DNA of 64,000 bases from a virus. The translations under genes were made by a program, and so were the position numbers. The DNA lies in IMG/VR virus record IMGVR_UViG_3300034022_000278, positions 24,043 through 88,042 of that record; one strand, given 5' to 3'. Shown here one piece after another: positions 39,101-47,000 of this stretch. Within the stretch, counting starts at the first letter, position 1; each line of letters opens with the position of its first letter. The notes below the pieces were generated by a model. That model had not been told where the DNA came from. It worked only from the letters and a program-made list of their open reading frames with translations, and ran no database searches.

Positions 39101-40556
39101 TTTCAAGAGTAATTTCCTTACCCTGTGCGGTAGCATTAAAAGTAGAATCTAGTGAAAAAGACCCTACTCCATTTTTACCAGCAGTAGCATTGATAAATTT
39201 AGTACGTTGGTAGCTATCGGATAGGATAATAGGTAAGGCTTTATCAGCATTTCTACTGTTATTAATTTCTGAGGCCAAACCTTCAAATTCTCCAAAGGAG
39301 TCTAATGCCATTATAGAATTGATAATTTCAGGATTAGAACTTTTCATTATTCTAAGGTGAATATCTATAATATTATTTTGTCTAGAAGCTTTGTATGATC
39401 TTTTAAGTATTGAAATAGTTTCAAAAGTATTATTTAAAGCATCAGCAAGATCTTTGTTAGATTCTTTAGATAATATCTCTGCAATAACTTCTGAAGCTTT
39501 TTTAGCATTCTCACTAACTATTTCTTCACCTGCTTCATTAAGATTAATTTTTTCCTCAATATAAGCATCTATTGCTTTTCTATCTTCTTTGTTTAAATTT
39601 AATTGCTCTTTTAGGTCTTCTAAATGCTGCGTTTGAATTTTTAAAGATGCAGCAATTTTCTTTTTATCCGACATAAAACCTGTTTGGATTTTACCGTCTT
39701 TATAAAAATGGTTGTACATATAGGTGTACAATTTATCGACATCAAAATCCGATCCCATCTGCTTAGTGAAATCCCTCGGTGCTAGCATTAAATCTCCCGA
39801 AGCTTCTGGTAAGAAGCCTACTATTTCTACAGCTGCCATAGAGTTACGCTCCTGTGTAGGAATACGGAAACCAAATAATTGTAATAGTTTTTCTGGAAGT
39901 TTAGTTGTATCTAGCAACATTCTTCCATCTTCTCCTTTTATAGTAAATTCTTTTAATGATAAAATAGCACCATTTTCATCTCTAAATTTAAATGGTATCA
40001 TTATTTGTGCAGGAAGTATTTTTTTATTCTCAAAATCCCAACGCATTGGTTGTAATCCTTTAATTGGATCAAAAGAACTAGTAAACACTACATTAGATTT
40101 TTTTAATTCTCCTGCAGTATCGTCACCTTCTTTAACTTGAAAACCTTCTTGTGACCCAAGTACATAGGAGTTACCAGGGAATTTTTGCTTTACTACTTTA
40201 TTACTAACGAGAGACGTAAGTAAACTCTCAAATTTATCTTTATAAGGAGATGCCCATAAAGGAATTTTAAAATCTGTACCGTCGGCATTAAGCTCTAAGG
40301 AAGACAGCATATTTTGCGGATATCCTTGACGTGTTTTTACTTCATTAGCTAGTATTTTAGCTAATTTAGAAGCAGGTATGGCTTCATGTTTTTTAGTAAA
40401 AGTTTCTGTTTTTATTACTTTAGCAGAATCTAACTTAAACCCTTTTATATCAATTGTTCCATCAGAGATTAAAGTATCTAACAGTCCTGCATTTAAAAGT
40501 TCTTTTAATTGATTTTCTGTTACCCAATCTCCGTTAACAAAATATTCACAAGCCAT
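33120..40556 (-). CDS. Virion RNA polymerase catalytic (beta'-like) half fused to zincin, ART-like, DUF4326-like and Dda/RecD-like helicase domains
   Basis: RIPTQ and MGSDFDVDKL (39735-39749); AHELIH; LYHGT; HFGNPF; GKGGTGKT, IDESSM, GDRAQLPPV, HKAQGST, YVAVSR. Confidence 0.9.
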   Translation of the reverse strand: MACEYFVNGDWVTENQLKELLNAGLLDTLISDGTIDIKGFKLDSAKVIKTETFTKKHEAIPASKLAKILANEVKTRQGYPQNMLSSLELNADGTDFKIPLWASPYKDKFESLLTSLVSNKVVKQKFPGNSYVLGSQEGFQVKEGDDTAGELKKSNVVFTSSFDPIKGLQPMRWDFENKKILPAQIMIPFKFRDENGAILSLKEFTIKGEDGRMLLDTTKLPEKLLQLFGFRIPTQERNSMAAVEIVGFLPEASGDLMLAPRDFTKQMGSDFDVDKLYTYMYNHFYKDGKIQTGFMSDKKKIAASLKIQTQHLEDLKEQLNLNKEDRKAIDAYIEEKINLNEAGEEIVSENAKKASEVIAEILSKESNKDLADALNNTFETISILKRSYKASRQNNIIDIHLRIMKSSNPEIINSIMALDSFGEFEGLASEINNSRNADKALPIILSDSYQRTKFINATAGKNGVGSFSLDSTFNATAQGKEITLENLTEETREALFGTFLDPRVPTTAELLENNLPLATFGEVESKGDISGKYTLKSQNLINKAKAEKRELTDKEKESLKFKSTIIRALQSTAVDNEKAQILDKLNINDETFDVIRALTLLGFEEKEIVGLITQEIIWEYVDKLRDARSSLTSYNPNAEKDIFTALAAKYDPKGTYQELNPSILEQMSSKSGEDLINNIKNKSLTIDPKDNTPDFNLEQLALLEKFQNLTEIGKNIKVLQSTINTESSGIPKSLLETESKVEQIQRLPYLQIFNAQKLLGEYSEGKLADPTTINGYASYYGTMFADQIFNEYFPYKNVGFKTIISEVRTHLPKGASMSMSKLVETQGEVFNEMRSYLYANTNTNLFGENPDVERRRLFIDSKKTATKPKNDSLATILNGLSTNPWFQKNGFLNKLSFDINKNGTISRINFEAAAGENFDERNIYDGFNYLLSKNFSVGRFNGIDYTSRMLAQELVAAAFLEGGKQGSKQYLKFVPTAYLKSLGFGEYLQGVPFDFVNTFYGNVAEDGPIYSQPSAFTRQYLQNNPDKTKTVSLSNLKGNIVASPEGSFTLNEEALKDNFVEVTDPNTGEPTLTQTHFLSIYDTKLPSKYALYEFDSVDRVYRRIPVLSGSYGFVGYNSQARNAMPAEIKNVVTSPLPQQGAPGYTISGVPVTPSKEFKINVVNNTAKKDTIADLGISRNLAGTAEALDDLLNNIETAEGVSTLNRQLLQIIRGLQLPENFNVTYNKTTSRGSYSASTGTLNINLNHPRNQDANGLAVVAAHELIHTFTAASIKAYQSGNIDGLSAKTIDAIQKLESLQKLYINQLIAKEGDEGLKEFQRLYTNFKEGRSTVFSPDTKNLPEYLSKYYGAIKLEEFVTMALTDIGFQEHLNSITDEAGISIWEQLKELLADLLNALGLDIKPGSALASTVKSTMDLIQANQETLKENNIDTKEFFEFGNSYKFQVDGNGKVLKAEYAQGNGILKAMNAKTGQKKYDALKNKPNTQGVPTIQPSTINTLSENIKNFVNSVIPNWINDKNNELQLVSEFKTIQLLVQEESSIKDRISFGEEAKTLIKEGLRGKDVFVGTTFKEQIPNLLYAVISGKLAKDGISEADMYSNIFKNTTQPSINIKEGVAELFKANPELAKIGTQEEYSQYLDGVFPNSKVKNILYHGTAAPNVIEQLTPQNDRIYFSDLTTASRYASWDQFNREQYEPGAATKLQSIAAIVNLENPTVLDGVNYTETETNKEGDGIIGTNITDPLGGIEDQILVRSAEQTLALGSAKDIKGFKEFVATKPTSVKPTIDTSREWSGDLKTRPIYTPEGVNTMRTEVANKNEHFGNPFSEAGYGNTRKVPTIQTAVQAYKDWLLTGYATWLDESGEAEDFAGNQEQRKWILDQINQGKLDSAILLYAGKSAARGQGMHPTALAEVVEQLRSTQLSTQQQAPVNTKYEIFPGVFANAGQTIAINKLKEFLNSDEKAFLLEGKGGTGKTTIIKQILSQVGDKRILAIAPSHKAKKVLAKSLKGINADIRTLASALAIKLDESTGKFEPDTFARDKGRVPIKNGQIIVIDESSMVSDELLSEIKKWVSQGAKVIFMGDRAQLPPVGQEKDSDVFGLKNSYTLTEKMRQAATSPIIGIGTKIAANAENNTSRVANPITSVDRVDMYDAVSGSSITWEKSEDTALTQFVEDVQQAKGDVNFAKIVTFNNQNHSSGQSVKNLNRKVRTKLFGDRATTEKFIPGEILTAYDSYNPNQGKEEVDIVFFNSEDMVVVSSEFSPEYLVNVNVYSGAKGTRNKNYKFDVDLLTLKDDAGKIVSQNGNPVKIPIIAESSKEEYAATLKQLWNTDRQLAYALQAKFGNLEYGYALTSHKAQGSTYTNVYVMEDNIMGSSNAGSNKAKNQSLYVAVSRPTTKLVMVSNKNTGKVEAPTGLNLSVLGNLGIDYSTIPTSSYGEDEGNRNENRPSDDDWDAYQKMMGENELLGDFTFDSEEFKNYLLICGK

Positions 40557-40567
40557 ACTAATATTTA

Positions 40568-41041
40568 TTAATTGCCTAATTCTTGATCAAATAGTAACAT
40601 GTTATCTGTGAGAGCTAATCTTGCTAATAAATCTAAATATTCCCCAACAGCCCCTACTTGGTGCGTAGTAAAATCTTGTAATAAAAGCGCTACTTTTAAA
40701 GATAAGTCAGATTTTACTGCGGCACTTTCGTAAGCAAATAGTAAATCTCTTTCCATTTCAAAGGCATGCTCTAGTGCACCTTTAATATCAGATATACTAC
40801 TGGTAACAGCTTCTAAGGCCCCTACAGAAAGCTCACTATTTAAATCATTAGCAAATTTTTCTATCTTTTGATAGTGTTCTCTTTCACTGTTAGACTCAGA
40901 AAGAAAAAACTTTTCTGCTCCAAAATATCCTAAAGTCTTCATTCTATTACTTAGATGTAAGTAATTTTGAGACGCTGTTAATTCTAAAGTACCAAACTTG
41001 TTTAATTCTTTTTGTTCTATTTCACTAAGTAATTTTTCCAT
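40568..41041 (-). CDS. Ferritin-like protein
   Basis: ELTASQNY...GAEKFF..ESNSEREH...EME...HQ ferroxidase-like pattern; start probably MEKLL at 41041 (track gives 41050). Confidence 0.85.
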   Translation of the reverse strand: MEKLLSEIEQKELNKFGTLELTASQNYLHLSNRMKTLGYFGAEKFFLSESNSEREHYQKIEKFANDLNSELSVGALEAVTSSISDIKGALEHAFEMERDLLFAYESAAVKSDLSLKVALLLQDFTTHQVGAVGEYLDLLARLALTDNMLLFDQELGN

Positions 41042-41043
41042 TA

Positions 41044-44000
41044 TTAACATTTTTTAAATTCTTTATTCTCGTCAAAGAAGACATTCATATTAGCCGCAAC
41101 TAGAGATTCAATAATACTATTGAAATTTTTGTTTATAAAGTTAACTCTTTCTAATGTATTATCGCCTATTTCTTCTGCAAAATCTTGTTGTAATTGCACT
41201 TTAGTCACTGGACTAGCGCCTTTTAGTTTTTCTACTAATACCTCATTTTGATCAAATATAGTAGAATTTGGCACAGTTAATAAAGAAGTTATGTCTGCTT
41301 TAGAACTCACTTCTTCTACTAATCCTAATTTATTAGACAATTCTTCGTAAGCATATTCGTATAATTCTAAATAATTTTTATTATACAATGCCATTAAATC
41401 GTCACCTTTAACACCTGGTTCAATTTCTAAGTCTAAAGTATTTACAAATAATAGCTTACGTTCTTGAGTACCAATATTTACAGAATCTTTTTCTCTTTTA
41501 TAAGGAACATCTTGCTGTATTCTAAAGTTTTGTCTAGACAATAGTAAAGCATTATCTTCAGATATTACTAAATTATCTACTACATTACCGTCTTTATTGA
41601 ATACTTTAACAGCATTTTTAATTGCTCCTACTTTATTGGCAGTTCCAAAAGAAGCTCTTACAAAAGCAGGTGTTCCATCGGCAGTTACTTTGCTTCCTAT
41701 TTCAGTTTCAAAAGTTTCTAATCCTTTACGAATTTTATCTATTTGCATCCCTACCGTAAGTTCAGGTAATAAGGGAAAACTAGAAGACTTAATATAAATA
41801 CGTTTATCAGCATTATCCTCAGCAGAAGCAGTATTACCTACATATACAGGTTTCATTGGCTGCATAATAATACCCATGTCCTCGTAAGAAAGCTTATTAG
41901 ACTCTCTAAAATCTCCTCTAGATTGTGCTTCTAATTTCTTGTAGAAATCTTTATACTGTACAGAAGTCAATCTACCTAATTGCTTCATTACGTATAAATG
42001 CTCTTTCCAAGTAGTATATTCCTGAGCATCGGAGCCTTCTATTCCTGAGTAATTATTTGCAAAGTCTTTAATAATTTTAGAGAAAAATTCTTTTTGTGCA
42101 GAATCTTTAACATTATTACTTTCCATTTTCTCATCCTCAAAGAATACTTGGTAATATTTATTATTAGCACTATTAGCTAACTCCATTCCTGGAGCAATAT
42201 CTCCTGCAAGACGTTTACCAATGTTTATAAAAGTTTCTGATAGATTCTCTGTTAAACTTTTCTTAGAATTAAACTTAGCATATAAAGCAGGATCTCCTGC
42301 AAATAATTTATGTGCTTCAGCATTAGCAATTAAATAGTTAAATATATAATCAGCTGCTGCATACTTTGTTTTAGAAGCGCCTGTACCTTTTGCTACTCGA
42401 GTCATATATTCTTTATCTAAGAAAGAATAGTTGTCTGTAACTCGGCCTTTATCATCAGTAATAACTTTACCTATACCTAACTTGTCCCAGTCTGCTAACT
42501 TATTTGTTAATAAATTATCAAATATTCCTTTAATTTCAGCTAATACAGCTGCTTTAACTTCTGTAGAATATACGGTATCATCTTTATCTTTTACGATATC
42601 TAAGAATGCTCTATCTTTTCCCCCTGCATCACTGCTTATTTTTAAAGTATTTAAACTGTGTAGGAAATAGAAGTAATTAGGCTCGTATCCTTTAATATTA
42701 GTAGATTGCTTATCTCGGATTCTATTTATTTCTGGTACTACTAACGCATTATAAAGCAATTCAAGATTTTCTAGAGAAATTTCTCCATCCTCTAACTTTA
42801 ATTCTCTAGCCAAACTAGTTACAGTTAGCATAGTAGTTTTATCGGACATTGTAGGATAAAAGAAATCTACTATTCTACGATCTTCTCCGTTAATATTATC
42901 TCCAGATACATTTTGGAAAAAGGCAATTTTAGCTACTTCGTGTTCTGCTGTAGTTAAGTTATTTAATTTTCTATTATCTTGTGATTTTGTAAATGCTTTT
43001 TTAAGCGCTTCAAGAGACAAATAATTTAATTTAAAATTATTTCTCATTGCTATTCCTGCATCCTCTTTATTAATTAAGTCTGCTAGCCAAGAGCTATTTT
43101 TAGTAAAAGAAATATTTTGTAAATTTTTAATTAAGTCTGGATTTACAAATGTACCATCCTCAGAATTATAAGCGGTTAAATCTCTCATTCTATTAATAAG
43201 GAAATTATTATTTCCATAAGAATAAATAGTTTTACCACCTGCTTGAAAAGAATTACTAAAAGTATTTAGGTTATTAGTTGCTTCTAATTTAGCTAATGCT
43301 TTTACTACGGAGTCATTAAGTAATTCTGAATCTTCAAAATTAACTTTCCCTTTTACTTTTTTATCTAAAGCAGTTGATAGTGCTTTTACTAAACCTGCTC
43401 CATTAGTAAATAAGGCATTCCAAGGTTTTCTTCCGTTATTATTAAACTTACCTTTTCTTAAATCTTCATAAGTCTTATCTGTGAGCACTATTCCAAAATT
43501 ACCTAACCATATAGCTAACTCGTCGTTAGTTACTTCAGCAGGGTTCTTAGCCCACTCAGCAGCTTGATCTTTTAATCCCTTTGCTACTACTTCATTGAAG
43601 ACATATTCGTCGTCTTCATTTACAGTTATTAAATTACTTTGAGTAGCTACCCCTTTTAAATTAGAATTCCAAATAGTTTTTAATCTTTGTTCAATAGAAG
43701 ATGAATTACTAGACCATTTTTGTAGAGAATAATTTCCTTTGTAATCTTTACTCCACATAATAAATTGCATATTAATGTGGTGCTTAGTCATTGCGGAAAC
43801 AAATTCATTTTGAATTTTTTCTGGAGCAGCTTCTAATTGCGCTATTGCAGATTTAATCCAAGGGAATTTCTCTTGGTGTAATTCTAAAATGTCTAACATC
43901 GTAGAATAATCTGCAGGAATATTTGTTAATAATTCTTGTAAAGTATTAAACACAACATCGTAAGAAAGTATCTCAGGTAATCCTAATAGATTCACCATAG

Positions 44001-47000
44001 GCCCTTCTTCGTCTTGTGCTTGCACAATACTAAAGAACTTCTTAAGGTCTGCAGATGATGTAGACTTTGCACTAACAGTAAATGCCCAGTCATCTGTGTA
44101 AGCAGTACGAACTAAACCTGAAACTCCTTCATTGTCATCTAATTCTACATCTTCGGAAACATCCCCAGTAGAGAATTTACTCATATTTTGATTAACTAAT
44201 CTACGTACTTTATCAAATTGAGCAATTACTGAATCCAATCTTGCAGCTTTATTAGGTAATCCTTGTTCTTTATAAAACTTAGATAATTGTTTAAAAGATT
44301 CTAAATGTTTATCTAAAATAGGTTTTACTTGTACTTGTTTTTTACCTGCAACTTCTTTAGCTTTTAAACCTTCATTTACAATGTCAGAAGACAAATAAGC
44401 AATTAAAGATGATTGAGTAGCAGTATCTAAACCTCTAACAATCATTTCGTCAATTTCTTCTCGTTGAGCATTTAATTGCTCAGGAGTCATTTCTGAAACT
44501 AGTTCGTCTGTTTCATCTTCTTCTAAAGGATTGCTGTCTACATCATTTTTGTTTGCTTTAATTACTAAACCATTTGGTAAAGTAATAGTTTCAGTTTTTT
44601 TAGAGTTAGCAATAAATATTTCTTTAGCTTTTGCATAAGAAGCTTGAGCCTGTTCTAGTGAAGTAAAGTTTGCTTGCAGTACAAGTTCTTCCGATATTGC
44701 GCCTAAATCAAAGCTTTCTAAAATACCGTTTAATTCTGTTAGATTAGTGCCATTAGCAATAATACTCTTAGCACAACTTTCTATTAGAGCTTCTTCAGTT
44801 AACGTTTCTACTTCTTCTTCAGCTGTTACTTCTTCTTGTTGTTTTAAAGCAGCAAGTTCTGCATCATATTCTTCAAAAGTTTTACTTGTAAGTTCTTTAT
44901 ATCCTCTATTGATTAAATCATATAATTGTCCATCAAATTTATCTTTGAAATATAGTAAATGTTCTGGTTGAACTTTTTCACCGTACATTTCATAATTGAC
45001 TTGTTCTAAAAATTCTTTTCCTGTTTGTTTTGTATTTACAAATAGTTTTCCTCCTGCATAGGCTTGTCCTATTTTTTTTATTTTAATTACAAAATTATTA
45101 TTTTCTATATCAGCTGTAGTAGTTTGTTCTAAAGCATTTAGTTCTGCATCATATTTAGCATTGATTTTATCTCTTTTTTCTTGAACTATTTTATTAAATT
45201 CATCAATTTCTTTTTGTTTTTTTAATAATGCTTCTGTTGGGTTTTGTCCAAGATTTACATTTGCAAACAATTTGTTTTCAGTAAGAAATAATTCTTTTTG
45301 TCTTCTTGCTTCTATATCAGCTTCCGCAGCTGCTTGATTTGTAGGGGCAACGGTTGGGACTGTTTTTTTTGCAGTTACAGGCGCAGTTGTTACTCCTTTA
45401 GCTATTGCTGTTTTAGCTTTAGGCCTAGCAGCACGTTTTTGTTTTCCTTTACCTAATTTTGCAAAAGCAGTATCAAATAAAATAGTAGGCTGAATAGTAT
45501 AAGCCCATACAGGGTTTTCTGCAGAACCTACATTTACAGACAGTATATTAGTTTTATGAGAGTCTTTTACTACTTGTGAATATTTAACAGTTTTAGTAGC
45601 ACCTGCATTATCCAATAAAATTATTGAATCTTTATTAGCCGCTAAATCTTTTCTGCTAGCATTAGAAAGTGGTGTAAATTGTTCTAAAGTAGCTCTAAGT
45701 TTTGATAGTCCCGCTTTATTAGTTGCTTCACCGACTTTAGATTTAAAGTTTTGAGATAGTACTATAGAAGCTTTAACGACTTTTACCCCATTCTTAGAAT
45801 GAGACCCCATATTAACTCCAGGACGACCAAATTCTATACCCGTAGCAGTAACACTAATTAAAGGCATGTTAGACTTTAATTCTGTTTCTGATCCACCTCT
45901 AATTAAATAACTTTCTAAAGAAGCAGCTTTATCTGTAGGGAATAAATAAATAAATTGATTTAAATATTTTGATAACCCTGGGAGAGTAGTAATGTCTAAG
46001 CCAAGGGAGGATTCTGCTATGGCCTTAACTACAGCGTTTTCAGTATCCCCTGTTAAATGCGCTTCAATCGCGAACATTACAGTGTCAATTATTTCTTGAG
46101 AAATAGGTTGTCTTTCTAGTGGAATAGGTAAATATTCTTTAGGACCAACTTTAACGATAGCATAAACTCTACCATCAGTTGCTGTACTTTTTAATATAGT
46201 ACCACCTTTTAGTACAATACTTGCATCTCCAGGTAATTGGAAAGTACCGTTACGTCCTACTGCAAAAATAAGATTAGGATCAGGCATTGCCTCTGACACT
46301 GCTATAGCTTTACCATCAAAACTTTTAAACAGTTTACCAAAACTTTTATAAGATACCTTAGTCTTTACTGGTACTCCTTTTGAAACTATTGCTTTTCTAA
46401 TTTTAAAATTCTTTTCTCTATCCTCAGCAATTTCTTCTGCAGTAGCACTTAGATTTTCTTCTTTATACCAAGAATTATCGTGTACATAAAAAACAGTATC
46501 TCCTTCATCAGTAGTTACTTTAATAGGAACTTCTTCAATGTATTCATCTAACTCTGTTAGGGGAATACCTTTAGATTCTGCTAACTTTTGTAATTCTATT
46601 TTTCTTAATACCCAAGGAGTTTTTTGTCTAGTATCGGAATTAGGATCGTATTTGTCTCCAGCATATTCTGTATCTACAGCCATGTTAAGAGCAGTGCCCT
46701 CTGTTAAGAAATCTGGATTTAATAATTCTATATTATCCAAACTATTTCCTAACTCTTCCCTGTCTACTTTCCCTGTGGCTTCAGTCTGATTAAATTCTCT
46801 TGATAAATAAGCAGCTCTATTATGGCCCTCAGCACTTCTCGCATAGCCATAAATTAAATTACCTTGTTCATCTTGGCCAATAATCATAGTCTTATCCTCA
46901 GAAGCAAGTTTTTGAGCAGCATTAGCTACTTCATCTTCTACTGTTTCTTTTTCAGAATTTGGATTAGGAAAATCTTTAGGAATATTAGTACCAAAGCTTT

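Noticed and set aside
40400-41330. Split intein joining the two RNAP halves
   Set aside because: No intein block A start, block B His or terminal HN-C/S/T motif at either end
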